A DNA stretch of 64,000 nucleotides from Desulfatiglandales bacterium (GCA_963662465.1 OY759599.1:4352001-4416000); one strand, 5' to 3'. Counted from the first letter of the stretch, positions 11,049-22,285 are shown. The notes: generated by a model from the letters alone, not told the origin. A program made the numbers and translations.

Positions 11049-11891
11049 ATGGAAACAACCGAAAATGAAAAGAAAAAAGCCTCGGACGATTCGCAATCCT
11101 TTGAGATAAGGAGAATCGCACGTCTGAAACAAAACCCAAGAAGCGACTTCATCCGGGCCATAGACCGCAAGGATGCCGCCCGATGTCTGGTCAAAACGGC
11201 CGAGGTCCATGGGCACTTCTGTCCGGGAAGCGCGCTGGGGGTCATGGCCTCCCTTCTGGGGCTTCAGCGGTTGGGCGGGGACGAATCGATTTCTTCCGAT
11301 GGACTGGAAAATCTGATGGCCATCGTCGAAATAAACGCCTGCTTTGCGGACGGGGTGCAGGCGGTGTCGGGATGCACCCTCGGCAACAACGCGCTGGTGT
11401 ATCGGGATCTGGGGCGCCATGCCGTCACCTTTGCCGTTCGCGGCAGGGAAACGGGGGTGCGCGTCCGGGTCCGGCCGGATTTTCGTTCACACATCGATCG
11501 GGCGGTTCCCGCGTTCTACCCCCTTTTGGAAACGGTCATTAAAAACAGGCAAGGAACTCCCGAAGAGGAAACGGCATTTAAGGAAAAAGGGCGGGAAGCG
11601 GCCTTCGCGCTCATCCAAATGCCCCTTGAGCAACTCATGATCGCCGAGACGGTCCGACCCGATCTGCCGGAATACGCCCCCATAACCGAAAGCGTTGTAT
11701 GCCCGGGTTGCGGGGAAGTGGTCATGTCCACGAAGGTAGTCGATAGCGGGGAAAAACAAGGTCTGTGTTACATGTGCGCGAACGGTCCTTACCATCAGGT
11801 GGAAGGTCGGGGAATCACAGCCGTCCGCGACGGAGAAAAATGCGATCCGTCGAAAGGCACATGGGGCGTCTTCCCGAAAAAAGGAGCTTAA
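11049..11891 (+). CDS. FmdE-family protein with C-terminal Zn finger
   Basis: HGHFCPG, CFADGVQAVSGCTLG, CPGCGE...CYMC. Confidence 0.9.
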   Translation: METTENEKKKASDDSQSFEIRRIARLKQNPRSDFIRAIDRKDAARCLVKTAEVHGHFCPGSALGVMASLLGLQRLGGDESISSDGLENLMAIVEINACFADGVQAVSGCTLGNNALVYRDLGRHAVTFAVRGRETGVRVRVRPDFRSHIDRAVPAFYPLLETVIKNRQGTPEEETAFKEKGREAAFALIQMPLEQLMIAETVRPDLPEYAPITESVVCPGCGEVVMSTKVVDSGEKQGLCYMCANGPYHQVEGRGITAVRDGEKCDPSKGTWGVFPKKGA

Positions 11892-11894
11892 CCC

Positions 11895-12497
11895 GTGAGA
11901 AAAAAAGAATGCAACCATCACCATCAGGGCAATGGAAAGATCCGACGGGGTCCCAGCAGTTTTTGGATGCACGACCCCGATGTTGTCTTTGATGTCCTTG
12001 CGTTGAAGCAGGGGGATTTTGTTCTTGATTTAGGGTGTGGACCAGGGGACTATTCAATTCAAGCCGCCGGGAAGGTTGGAGTTTCAGGCATTGTTTACGC
12101 GATGGACAAATGGGCCTACATGGTTGACGGCTTAAAAAAAGAGGCAACCGCCCGGGGGCTTGGCAACATCAGGCCCATCACCGCCGATATCACCGAACCC
12201 CTGCCCATTAATGATCAATCCATCGACGTCTGTCTCCTGTCAACAGTGCTCCATATCTTCAATCTTTCATACATTGAAAAGACCCTGTTCAGCGAAATTC
12301 ACCGCGTCCTGAAGCCCGACGGCCGTGTGGCCGTCATCGAGTGCAAAAAAGAAGACCAGCCTTTCGGTCCACCCAAACATATGCGGCTGTCGCCAGAAGA
12401 ACTGGAGGTTTCGATTTCCAAATATGGATTCGATAAGCGCGGTTTAAAGGATTTGGGATACAACTATATGATCCAATTCAAAATTCATCACGCTTAA
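11895..12497 (+). CDS. Class I SAM-dependent methyltransferase
   Basis: VLDLGCGPG, RVLKPDG, GPPKHMRL; N-terminal HHH. Confidence 0.85.
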   Translation: MRKKECNHHHQGNGKIRRGPSSFWMHDPDVVFDVLALKQGDFVLDLGCGPGDYSIQAAGKVGVSGIVYAMDKWAYMVDGLKKEATARGLGNIRPITADITEPLPINDQSIDVCLLSTVLHIFNLSYIEKTLFSEIHRVLKPDGRVAVIECKKEDQPFGPPKHMRLSPEELEVSISKYGFDKRGLKDLGYNYMIQFKIHHA

Positions 12498-12517
12498 TCC
12501 ATTTGAAGAGGAGAACA

Positions 12518-13111
12518 ATGGTCAAAAAAACAACCTCCCTCACCCTTACGTTTTCCGGTCTGATACTGTTGATTTCCAGCATCATCCTTTATATCGGACC
12601 TCCCGGCCATGTGGGCCATTTTTCCCCATGGCAACTTATGGGGCTGTCCAAACACTATTGGGGTGTTTTGCATCTGAACAGCGGCATCCTTTTCTGCCTG
12701 GCCATGACGGTCCACGTCTATTTTAACTGGAAACTCCTGGTATCCTATTTAAAAAAACGGGGTAGAGACAAGATTCCGTTCATACCCCTGGTCATTGCAC
12801 TGGTTTTGACGGGGTATGTTTGTGTGGGCGCCTGCTATGAAGCCTCTCCCATGGGGCAGATCATGGATTTTGCGCGGAATCTGAAAATGGCGACCGTAAA
12901 ACAGTACGGCTCGCCCCCCTATGGAACGTCCACGACATATCCCATTGGAACCATCGCGAGGTACATGGGTTGGAATGCGGAAACCGCATTAAAACGCCTG
13001 GCCGAGCGCAACATCATTGTCGGGTCTCAGGATGAACCCCTTGGGGACGTGGTCCGGAACAACGGGACAACCATCGGCAGCCTGTTGGATATCATGGCCG
13101 GGACCTGGTAA
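12518..13111 (+). CDS. DUF4405-domain membrane protein
   Basis: GAGGAG RBS; three TM helices with W..LH and H...NWK motifs. Confidence 0.7.
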   Translation: MVKKTTSLTLTFSGLILLISSIILYIGPPGHVGHFSPWQLMGLSKHYWGVLHLNSGILFCLAMTVHVYFNWKLLVSYLKKRGRDKIPFIPLVIALVLTGYVCVGACYEASPMGQIMDFARNLKMATVKQYGSPPYGTSTTYPIGTIARYMGWNAETALKRLAERNIIVGSQDEPLGDVVRNNGTTIGSLLDIMAGTW

Positions 13112-13148
13112 TGGTCGGCGGCAAGACTTTCTTTTTTCGAGGTTGAAA

Positions 13149-14153
13149 ATGAAACAAGTCGGATCGGGTGAAAAAAATGACGGCGCAACAATAACGGCAT
13201 CCAAATTCCTCAATTCAACTTCCCGTTCCAACGTCATTGTTGAATGTTCGAAACAAAACGGGGACTTTTTACCGGAAAATATCGCCCTCAGACCCGGACT
13301 CCGCATGATGATCTTTAATCACACCCGGCCCGGAAACTTTCGGATGGCCTATGAAATTGAGCATGCGCCCCTTGGTTTCTCTTTCAACCTCTCCCAAAAT
13401 ATCCGGTTGACCCTTAACGGCGGCGGCAAAAACCGGGAGGTGGTGGAAAGATCGCCGGGGGACGTCTTGGTGGCCTATTTGCCCCGTACAAGAGGAATTG
13501 TCGAGTCCCCGGGAGGACGGGTTGCGGGGGTATCGCTCTATTTTACCCCGCACGTCTTTCGAGACCTGTTTCGCAAAACACCCGAATGCTTGGAACTCCT
13601 GGGTATCAATTCTTGCCGGGCCTTACCGGAAAAACGGCTTTTTCGACAAAGCCCCTTTAATGGAAATATCCATCTGGTCCTGAGGCAGATTTTTGAATGC
13701 CCTTACCGGGGAGAACTCCGTAGGTTGTTTCTCGAAGCCAAAGCCCTGGAGTTGGTGGCGTTAAAATTGACGGAGATGGAAAACGGCCTGGAAACGAACG
13801 CTTCCGCATTGAGCCATCGAGAGCTGGACCGGATACGCGAGGCACGCCATACCCTTTTGGCCCGGCTGGATAATCCCCCGAGCCTCACCGTTTTGAGCCG
13901 ACTGGCGGGCATTAACCGCAACAAGCTCAACCGGGGTTTCAAACAACTCTATGGAAACACCGCATTCAACGTCCTTCGCAATGCCAGGCTCGCCAAGGCC
14001 AGATCCCTCCTTCAACAAACTGATTTAACCCTTTCCGAGGTGGCTTTTTCGGTGGGTTACAATAATCAGGCCAATCTTACAAAAGCCTTTCGCGCCCATT
14101 TCGGACAGACCCCGAAAACAATCCGTAGAGAAAAGATTATCAGGTCTTCTTAA
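13149..14153 (+). CDS. AraC-family regulator, PchR/YbtA-like
   Basis: LFLEAKALEL, PPSL..LSR.AGINRNKLNRGFK and EVAFSVGY C-terminal HTH pair; start approximate. Confidence 0.85.
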   Translation: MKQVGSGEKNDGATITASKFLNSTSRSNVIVECSKQNGDFLPENIALRPGLRMMIFNHTRPGNFRMAYEIEHAPLGFSFNLSQNIRLTLNGGGKNREVVERSPGDVLVAYLPRTRGIVESPGGRVAGVSLYFTPHVFRDLFRKTPECLELLGINSCRALPEKRLFRQSPFNGNIHLVLRQIFECPYRGELRRLFLEAKALELVALKLTEMENGLETNASALSHRELDRIREARHTLLARLDNPPSLTVLSRLAGINRNKLNRGFKQLYGNTAFNVLRNARLAKARSLLQQTDLTLSEVAFSVGYNNQANLTKAFRAHFGQTPKTIRREKIIRSS

Positions 14154-14219
14154 AAGAAAATAGTGTCGCTTGACGACATTTCCATTTGGGGGTGTTCTAA
14201 TCAAGGGATCGGTAATTCC

Positions 14220-14274
14220 GGGGACACCCTACTTAATTCCTATAGATATTGTCGAAAATAAGTAAGATGTCCCC
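14220..14274. repeat. Small intergenic inverted-repeat (REP/MITE-like) element
   Basis: GGGGACA-ccct-ACTTA ... TAAGT-aaga-TGTCCCC; a degenerate look-alike lies at about 54973-55012. Confidence 0.45.
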
Positions 14275-14617
14275 AGATCTGGAATGGCGCAAACATTTTG
14301 GGTGGAAAGGTCCGACAACAACGAAAAGGACTTCTTTATTCCTGATTCGAAACAATGCGTTTCAATCGGCTGGTGATGCAACTCCATAGGGACATCGGCA
14401 GCGCCGATGCATTTAGGACAAAAGAAAGTGCCTCCGGGAAAAGACGGTTCTCCTATTCTTCTGCTATACAGGCATGGTTACAGTTTATAATTTTAAAATT
14501 TAGAAAATAAATATTCTTCCAGGTGGGAAGATATTTTTTTGCTCATGTAGTTAGATAATTAAAATTTAAATAGCAAAATGCAACATACTATCAGTTCTCT
14601 AATTGAAAGAGGAAGGA

Positions 14618-15913
14618 ATGGATAAAGAAATCAACGGAATAGTTCAGAGCAAAAAGCACAGCATCGCATTTAAAGTAATGTTGCTGACATCCATGTACAT
14701 ATGCCAGACGATTCCTGTGGGATTCATTATCACCTGCCTTCCCGTAATCCTGCGTCACCAGGGGGTAAGTTTTCGGTCTATCGGCTTTCTTTTCCTGCTG
14801 CAGGCGCCGTGGGCGCTGAAATTCCTTTATGCCTCGTGGATCGACCGATTCCATGTAAAGAGACTGGGCAGACGCAGAACCTGGATCTTTCCCCTTCAAT
14901 GGATTGGCGCAGGCCTTTTTTTTGCCCTGTCATCGGCCCCACCGGATCATTCTTTCGGCGTTATGTTCGTGCTGCTCTTCTGTTTCAATACAGCCATGGC
15001 AACAAACGACATCGCCGTAGACGGTTATGCCACAGACATTTTGTTGCCCGAAGAAAGGCCCTGGGGAAATACCATCCAATCCGGCGCCAGGCCCGTTGGG
15101 ATGCTTCTGGGAGGGGGCCTTACACTCGTTTTGCAGAACACCCTGGGATGGGAAACCATCTGCATTTTGCTGGCGGTAACGATTTTGCTCCTGAGTTTGC
15201 CGGTTGTGCTGCATCGAGAAATCCCATCTTTGTACACCCGGGAAGCGTCTAAACCGGAAAGCAGTAACTCAAAGTCCGGCTTAACCGCTTTTTTGAAAAA
15301 ACCCCAAACAGGCTGGCAAATCCTTTTCCTGTTGTTGCCGACCCTTTTTTTCTTCAACGGTTTTCAGATGCGGATGCCGTTTTTAACAGATTTGGGACTA
15401 AGCCCCGGCGACATCGGTAAAATGCTTATTCGGGTCGGTTATCCTGCCGGATTTCTGGGGACCCTCTTGTGGGGTTGGTTTTTTCATCGGGTGGGTCCGG
15501 CGGTTTTCCTGCGAACCTTCGGTACACTATCCCTCGTTTTGACCGGATTTACCATCCAGGCGGCATGGGCGGGAGTGATTTCTCCGTGGCAGGGCGCCCT
15601 GATTCTGGCTGCCGATAACGTAATCCTGGGAGGCATCTTCGTATGGGGTTTTACACTGATGATGAAAGCCAGCGCGGGAACGCAGTCCGGAACCGGATTC
15701 GCCGTTTTGAGCAGCGTTTTCATCCTTCCGCCGCTCCTTCTAGGCCCCCTGTTCGGCGCTTTGGGCGATTGTTGCGGCACGTTTGTGCTTTATGTGTGTA
15801 TCGGCGCCCTCATGATTCTGGGGCTTATCGGCGCCGAAATTATTTTACACCTTCGATTAAAGGAGTTTGTTTCAACTCGCTTCAATGCCGCTCATTCAAT
15901 ACGCAGGTTCTAA
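14618..15913 (+). CDS. MFS transporter, AmpG/RhtX/FptX-like
   Basis: PWALKFLYASWID, RRRTWI and ATNDIAVDGY motifs; lies between an AraC gene and a TonB receptor. Confidence 0.8.
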   Translation: MDKEINGIVQSKKHSIAFKVMLLTSMYICQTIPVGFIITCLPVILRHQGVSFRSIGFLFLLQAPWALKFLYASWIDRFHVKRLGRRRTWIFPLQWIGAGLFFALSSAPPDHSFGVMFVLLFCFNTAMATNDIAVDGYATDILLPEERPWGNTIQSGARPVGMLLGGGLTLVLQNTLGWETICILLAVTILLLSLPVVLHREIPSLYTREASKPESSNSKSGLTAFLKKPQTGWQILFLLLPTLFFFNGFQMRMPFLTDLGLSPGDIGKMLIRVGYPAGFLGTLLWGWFFHRVGPAVFLRTFGTLSLVLTGFTIQAAWAGVISPWQGALILAADNVILGGIFVWGFTLMMKASAGTQSGTGFAVLSSVFILPPLLLGPLFGALGDCCGTFVLYVCIGALMILGLIGAEIILHLRLKEFVSTRFNAAHSIRRF

Positions 15914-18156
15914 AATGAAAAAAAAGCTGAAAAACTCATTTTAAACTAAAGGAGACGTTATTAATGAAAAGTAGCTGCATAAAACAAGCCGTCATATTCC
16001 TTATTGCGGTCCTGATTTCTTCGACCGCACATGGCGAGTCTACTGAAAAACAGGAGATTGAACAACTGGAAGGCATTACGGTCACCGCACAAAAAAAAGA
16101 GGAAGATGCACAGAAAGTTCCCATCAGCATGGATATTTTTTCCGAGATGGATCTGGAAAATGCAAAAATTGAGAATACCCTCGACTTGACGCGGTTTTCA
16201 CCCAATACATTCATGCAAAACCGCTACACGGAACATATCGTGGTGATCAGAGGCGTATCTTCTTTCAAGGGCTGCAATTATTCACCCGCCGGATATTATG
16301 TGGATGATGTAAGCTATCCCCTGCATTACATGCAGAATATGGAATTTTTCGACCTCGAACGCGCCGAAGTCTTAAAAGGGCCGCAGGGGACACTATACGG
16401 CAGAAACGCTGAATCCGGGGTGATTAACCTCATCACCCGGCAACCCGGCAATCATCTACGCGGCAAGGTTCTGGGCGAATATGGAAATTACGATACATTC
16501 CGTACGGTTGCGAACATCAGCGGTCCCGTGGTCAAAGACAAGCTTTTTCTGGGAGGGGCATTTCAATATAAAACTTCGGACGGATTCGTGGAAAACCAAT
16601 ATAACGGAAATGACCGCGCCGCTGATCTACGCCATACGGCCGGTCGCGCCACATTGAGATGGACTCCGGATGATCCGTGGGACATCTCCTTGATTACGGA
16701 TATTTCGGATTTTGATGATCACGGCGGCGGGTACAGACTTATTGATGGTCCCCACGCCACAGAGCCCTTCAAAGTCCGAAAAGATTTAGATGAATATCTC
16801 AAGCAAAACGGAAACAGTCAAGTTTTGCGCGTTAAATATGGCGGCAATGCGTTCAGCGTTTTGTCCATTTCCAGCGCCCTGAACCAGAAGTTCGACAAGG
16901 TCAATGACGCTGACCTATGGCATGATCCCGAAAATGAAAAATTGGAATTCGCCAAAATCAAACTGAAACAATACAGTCAGGAATTTCGCATTTCTTTTCA
17001 GTCGGGACCCCTGGAATGGCTTGCCGGCCTGTATGGATTCATTGAAAAAACGGATTTCAATTATCAGTATGATATTGCATCAAAAAAAATGACCTTTTTG
17101 AACCCCATCACGGAAACGGATTCCACAGGCTGTGCGGTTTTCGGTCAAGGCGTCTACACCCTTTTCGACAATTTTCACCTGACAGCGGGCCTGCGTTTCG
17201 ACCATCAGTCCCAGGAAGGGGATCTTAAGGATGCCGTTCGAAAGGTCGCCTGCCACGAAGATCTATCGCATAATGAAGTGTTGCCGAAATTCTCCGCGGC
17301 CTATGATGTTTCAAAAAATGCGATGGTTTATGCCTCCGCATCCAAAGGCTATCTGATAGGCGGATTTAACTGGGCCATGATGCCGACCCAAAAAAACTTT
17401 TACTATGGTCCTGAATATACCTGGAATTACGAAACGGGCGTGAAGACAACATGGTTAAACGACAAATTGTTGGCCAACCTGTCGATCTTCCATATCAGCA
17501 TTGACGACAAGCAGATAACCAGGATGGATTCGAACCGGTTGGCAACCTGCATCACCAACGCGGCAAAAGCGCACTCTGAAGGCGTCGAGCTGCAATTTCA
17601 GGCAATGCCCGTCCGGGGCCTTCGATTATCTGCGGGTTTCGGCTGTATTGATGCACAGTTCGACGATTTCAAGACCGCCGAGTGGAACGCCGCGCACACC
17701 GCACTGATCCCAAAAAACTACAAAAACAACTACCTGCCGTATGCTCCGAAGTACAACTACAATGTGAGCACGCAATACCGGAGCGCATTCGGTTTTTTTG
17801 CCCGGGCCGACCTTTTGGGAACGGGCCCCTTTTATGGAGATGCAGCCAACAAGGCCGAACAGAAGGCATACGAAATTCTGAATTTGCGTCTCGGACTTGG
17901 GCGCTAACCAAAATGGAACCAGTTTTGCTACTCCAAACGGAACCAGATATTGCGCACTGGTCTTTTCCTTTTAGAAGGGTTTTCTTGTAAATTTGTTAGA
18001 GGTTGCATGAAAGAGTATATCAGATGGTATTTTAAAAATGCTGGTGAGACACGTAGCGTTCTGGTTGAAGAATCAGTGATGAGGATACCATCAATATGGT
18101 GATGGCAGAGAAGAGGGGATTAGATTTTTCGGTTAAGGGCAATGCTTATTGAGGAA

Positions 18157-18366
18157 CTATTTGTCTATGTCATAGTCGTCCGGTAAATTCAGGAGGCCTC
18201 CCTTCGCCAATTGATCCTCAATCAAATATCCAATTTCCCCGTTTTTTTTCAGCTGTAGAATCATCCATTTGGGGAGACGAATGGTGAGCAGTTCACGTCT
18301 CAAATGTTCCGGTTTCTTTCTTCGGCCGGCGCCTACCCGTTTTCCACCTCTCATTTCAAGCTCCAA
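18157..18366 (-). CDS. Small basic protein, possible ribbon-helix-helix DNA binder (IS passenger)
   Basis: RGGKRVGAGR...LTIRLPKW; identical in both element copies. Confidence 0.5.
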   Translation of the reverse strand: MELEMRGGKRVGAGRRKKPEHLRRELLTIRLPKWMILQLKKNGEIGYLIEDQLAKGGLLNLPDDYDIDK

Positions 18367-18452
18367 GACAAGGTAATTTCTGATATTCGTGTAACGAGAT
18401 TCAAACAGACCGGTGATATTCAGACCTCAAAACCGGCCCTTTGGCGAACATC

Positions 18453-19172
18453 TCATTTTCTGAGGGAAGGACCATCAATATGAATGTTGATGCAGCGATG
18501 GTTGAGACGATCCAGCAAGGCATCGACCATGTCCTTTGGTTCAAGCAGCGAATACCATTGTTCAGGTTGAAGATTGGTCGTAATAATTGTGGACCGACCG
18601 GCTTCATAGCGATCTTTCATGAGTTTAAAAAAGGCGTTCATCTGCTCTTTTTTGAGGGTCAGGTATCCCAGTTCATCGAGCAGAAGCAGGTCATATCTGC
18701 AAAGGGCATTGAGGAGTTTCGGGGTGGACCGATCTGCCAAAGACGCATAGAGCTGATCCAGCAAATCCTGAACATTATAAAAACGCCCCCGGTACCCGGC
18801 AATAATGGCTTGACGAAGGATCCCCACGGCCAATCCCGTTTTGCCGACGCCGGTTTTTCCATGGAACACGATGTTTTCTCTTCGGCTGATAAAGTCAAGG
18901 CCGGACAACGTCATGATCCGGCTCTTCTGTATTCCCGGCTGAAGATCAAACGGAAAGGAGTTGAGGGTCCATTCCCATGGAAGCTTTGCAATCTGGACCC
19001 GATAGATCATGCTGCGCTCCTGCCGGAAACGTAATTCCTCAGCCAGGAGATTGTAGATGACCTCGTGAATGGAAAAACCGTTCTTTTCAGCCGAAGCCAA
19101 CTGTTCTTCGAGAGCCTTCAGCATGCCTTTAAACTTCAAATCAATGAGTAACTGTTCAATTTTCTTTTTCAT
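18453..19172 (-). CDS. istB: IS21 helper AAA+ ATPase
   Basis: GKTGVGKT Walker A, LLLLDELGY Walker B, IITTN, ALLDRL. Confidence 0.95.
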   Translation of the reverse strand: MKKKIEQLLIDLKFKGMLKALEEQLASAEKNGFSIHEVIYNLLAEELRFRQERSMIYRVQIAKLPWEWTLNSFPFDLQPGIQKSRIMTLSGLDFISRRENIVFHGKTGVGKTGLAVGILRQAIIAGYRGRFYNVQDLLDQLYASLADRSTPKLLNALCRYDLLLLDELGYLTLKKEQMNAFFKLMKDRYEAGRSTIITTNLQPEQWYSLLEPKDMVDALLDRLNHRCINIHIDGPSLRK

Positions 19173-20551
19173 AGATCAAAAAAGTCTCCCGCGATATAAT
19201 CGAGAATAATGTTTTCCAGACGCGACAAATCAAAAAGTCCATATTTAAGCGCCTGTGTTATGGCTTTCAAAAAAGGTTCCCCGGGATAAGTGCGTTTCAG
19301 ATGAAGCAACCGACGTAACTTGACCACACCGCGACCGTGACTTCTTTTCTTCAGTTCAGCCACATACTCATCCAGGATGGCATCCTCTCCCGTCAACAGC
19401 TGTTCTTCTTTTGAAGGGATTCGGGGATCTTTTTTTCTTCGAATGGGAACATGGTGACCGGGCAGGGTTGTTCGGGTGTTGCGTTTATCCAGTATGCGGT
19501 CATGTTCCGCCACTTTTGTGTTTTTGTCGTAAACGATGACCTTGAGCCAATGTTTCTGTACTTCCAGGGAGTTCCCAATCAGCGCTTCAGGGACTGAATA
19601 GCGGTTGGTGTCCAAGTGCACATATCCCTGAACATCGGCTACCCTGTGTTCTGCCACATAGACTGGCGGCTGGTATGCCGGTAAATCAATGAGATATGGC
19701 TTTTCAATGACATAGGCCTCATCCGGCGTCATCCCTAAAGCCCGTTTAAACTTTTTATCGCTTGTATTCCGGCACCAGTCGATTGCCTGCCGGTTCAAAT
19801 CCTGCCAGCTAACAAATGTTCTACCGGGAAGAAAATTGTTTTCCACAAAATGAAAAGGCCTTTCCACACGGGCACTTCGATTGGCGTCTCCTACAGCATG
19901 GGCCTCAAACCGGGTTCCATACATATCGCCGAAGTATTTCATTTCAGGCGCAATCAATGCATCAGGCCCGGTGCCGCCGGCCACAATAACATTGGTGTTG
20001 TCAACCATGCACCGGGAACACACCCCGTCCATAAACTCGAATGCTTTTTTTAGGAAAACCTTGCACTCAAACCGGGTAAAACAGGGGTAATACTGAATAA
20101 AAATCCTTCGGCAAAAGGCCAGGGTCAGGGACGCGCACTGGGTCGACATTTTTTTCCCATTAATGACAACCAGATGGGGTGACGTATCATGCTGCATCTC
20201 CTGACCGGGTTTAAAATGGTATTGGCCCGCCCGTCTTTTTTTACGTTCCCGGATCTCGTACTTTCTCATAATCCAGGTCAGACTCTGATAAGGGATTTTG
20301 ATCTGTTGGCGGCTTTCCAGTTCCTCGGCTACTCGCACGGCATTTCCTTTACATTCCTTGAAAAGCTCGCGGATCAACGGGACATGTTCTTCATACCGGG
20401 AGTTCCTTTGGGGTACCGCCTCTTCGTCATGATCATCTAAAACCTTCGTGACGGTATTGCGACCGGCCTTCAGGGTTTTGGCGATGTCGCGCAAACTCAT
20501 GCCGGTTTTTTTCAATTCCACAATGGCATCTTTTTTGGATTGTCGGATCAT
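19169..20551 (-). CDS. istA: IS21 DDE transposase
   Basis: N-terminal HTH, PGQEMQHD, VDN, ARVERPF, NRYSVP; overlaps istB. Confidence 0.92.
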   Translation of the reverse strand: MIRQSKKDAIVELKKTGMSLRDIAKTLKAGRNTVTKVLDDHDEEAVPQRNSRYEEHVPLIRELFKECKGNAVRVAEELESRQQIKIPYQSLTWIMRKYEIRERKKRRAGQYHFKPGQEMQHDTSPHLVVINGKKMSTQCASLTLAFCRRIFIQYYPCFTRFECKVFLKKAFEFMDGVCSRCMVDNTNVIVAGGTGPDALIAPEMKYFGDMYGTRFEAHAVGDANRSARVERPFHFVENNFLPGRTFVSWQDLNRQAIDWCRNTSDKKFKRALGMTPDEAYVIEKPYLIDLPAYQPPVYVAEHRVADVQGYVHLDTNRYSVPEALIGNSLEVQKHWLKVIVYDKNTKVAEHDRILDKRNTRTTLPGHHVPIRRKKDPRIPSKEEQLLTGEDAILDEYVAELKKRSHGRGVVKLRRLLHLKRTYPGEPFLKAITQALKYGLFDLSRLENIILDYIAGDFFDL

Positions 20552-21432
20552 AATTGGGTCGCTTTCTTGAGTTCCAGTGCTTGTTTTTCTATCTTTTTCA
20601 CCCAGGTTTTGAGCGTTTGTTTCTTCAACTGATCGCTTTTTGGGTAATGGACATGCGAAACGGTTTTCACCAGACGTTTGAGAACCGCATATGCCATTTC
20701 AATATCCTTGAACCATTTGCCTTCCGGTCCATCATGAACTTCTTTGGCTTGTTTAGACTGGGTTCTTTGTTCGAGAACTTTTATGAAAAGGGATGGATTT
20801 TCCAGCATGTGGTCTCGAACAGACCGGTTGCTTTTCTGGTAATGTGCGTAGAAACGGGCCAGTTCCCTTGTGGATAGAGGTTCTTTTTCCAGGTGGGCCA
20901 ACAGTTTTTGTGCGTCTTCACCGTTGGCGCGCGCCAACGGCGCCATGACACGGCTGGCAGCCCAGGTTGAAAGTGAGCCTGCAATCACGGTTCTCAAAAT
21001 ATTTTCCGGCAGGGCTTCAACCAGGTCCAGCCGCCGTTTTACAAAACTCTTGTCGCGCCCTATTCGGGTTGCAATATGGGAGAGGCTGCACCCAAAACGC
21101 CGATGTAATTCCTGAAGTAAAACAGACTGCTCAATGACTTCCCATTGCCGTTCATTGGCCTTGGTTAAAAGCGAAAACATGGCATTTTGTTCGTTTTCTT
21201 TTGAGAATTGGACACATATCCGGTCCTTTCCACAAGCACAAAGCGCTCGAACACGCAGGTAGCCATCAATCAGAATCAGTTTGTCTTTTTCTTCAATAGC
21301 CAGGGCCGGAACGATCTGCCCGTAAGTTTCGATGGAATCCCTCAATCGCTTTAAAGCCTGGTGATTCATTATCCGGCAATGAGCGTAACGCAACTCCAGC
21401 AAATGAATATCAACGGTTCGGATGGATTCCAT
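20548..21432 (-). CDS. ParB/Srx N-terminal domain + HTH protein (IS passenger)
   Basis: SIETYGQIVP, LIDGYLRV ParB-like motif, IATRIGRDKSFVKRRL HTH; translationally coupled to istA. Confidence 0.8.
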   Translation of the reverse strand: MESIRTVDIHLLELRYAHCRIMNHQALKRLRDSIETYGQIVPALAIEEKDKLILIDGYLRVRALCACGKDRICVQFSKENEQNAMFSLLTKANERQWEVIEQSVLLQELHRRFGCSLSHIATRIGRDKSFVKRRLDLVEALPENILRTVIAGSLSTWAASRVMAPLARANGEDAQKLLAHLEKEPLSTRELARFYAHYQKSNRSVRDHMLENPSLFIKVLEQRTQSKQAKEVHDGPEGKWFKDIEMAYAVLKRLVKTVSHVHYPKSDQLKKQTLKTWVKKIEKQALELKKATQL

Positions 21433-21829
21433 ACCCAGTCTCCCGAAAGATTTCCTCTATGGTTTCTCCAAGACTGACCCAATTTCCTTGCCGGATCTCC
21501 TTTACCTGTTTCACAATCACAGGACGTCTGGGAAGCGAAAGAACCTGAAACAGACGGCCATCAAACCCAATCAGATCCTTGTCCAACAAGCCATCGCGGG
21601 CATCGATATATTGATCCAAATGCACCTTTAAAATCCGGCAGATTCTGTCGTAACCATAATAAGAGAGCCCGTTTTTGTCAGATACCAACACCAGAAAAAT
21701 GTAGAGCAGCAGCTCATGATGATTCAGGCTCTCCCAAAAGCCGTTTCTCAAAAAACGATGCTCCAGAAAGCCGAAGCTTCCATTGATGACACGCACTCTT
21801 TCGGGAAAAAGGACTCTTTTTTTGATCAT
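21410..21829 (-). CDS. Hypothetical winged-helix-like protein (IS passenger)
   Basis: AGGAG RBS; LLLYIFLVLVSDKNGLSYY resembles replication-protein wHTH N-termini. Confidence 0.55.
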   Translation of the reverse strand: MIKKRVLFPERVRVINGSFGFLEHRFLRNGFWESLNHHELLLYIFLVLVSDKNGLSYYGYDRICRILKVHLDQYIDARDGLLDKDLIGFDGRLFQVLSLPRRPVIVKQVKEIRQGNWVSLGETIEEIFRETGYGIHPNR

Positions 21830-21841
21830 TTTTTTCTCCTG

Positions 21842-22285
21842 TCATGGATATGGGGTTTTCTCAAAGCCTGTTACATCTGAAAAAACCCTCCCTGCATAAG
21901 CACGGCGAGGAAAATGGTCCACAACAACCCCGATCGACCCGCAAAAAAGACAGCTGGGTCGGTTCCCCGACCGCTTTTTGGGTTCAATATCACAGTCTTT
22001 TTGAGGTGTTGAACTATCATCACCAGGGTTCAGTCCATTTTTTTTGGATTTTTTTGTTTTTTCGTACAAACGACGGCGCTCTTTCCCTTTTTTCGAATTG
22101 CGGTATTTCCCCTGAGCTTTCCGGTGCAGCTGTCTTTGGCGTATCCTGCGACATCGTTCCCCACAATAGGCCTGGCCACGCCAACACGACCGACAGACGT
22201 GAAAAAAGCAACCACAACATCGGCATTGAACCACTCTTAAAAGGACATCTCCCATCATTCCGGCCTTGCAATTGGCCGGAAACAC
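21842..22285 (-). CDS. Cys-rich putative Zn-finger protein (IS passenger)
   Basis: CxxC, CxxC, YCxxxC and C-terminal CxxC; Lys/Arg-rich; start uncertain. Confidence 0.6.
   Translation of the reverse strand: MFPANCKAGMMGDVLLRVVQCRCCGCFFHVCRSCWRGQAYCGERCRRIRQRQLHRKAQGKYRNSKKGKERRRLYEKTKKSKKNGLNPGDDSSTPQKDCDIEPKKRSGNRPSCLFCGSIGVVVDHFPRRAYAGRVFSDVTGFEKTPYP

Noticed and set aside
14485..14580. Fur-like boxes before the MFS gene (GATAATTAAAATTTAAAT) and at about 15929
   Set aside because: AT-rich with only loose palindromy; plausible but not supportable without a matrix scan.
20548..21432. ParB as evidence of a plasmid or prophage partition locus
   Set aside because: No ParA or replicon genes; it lies inside TSD-bounded IS21 copies.
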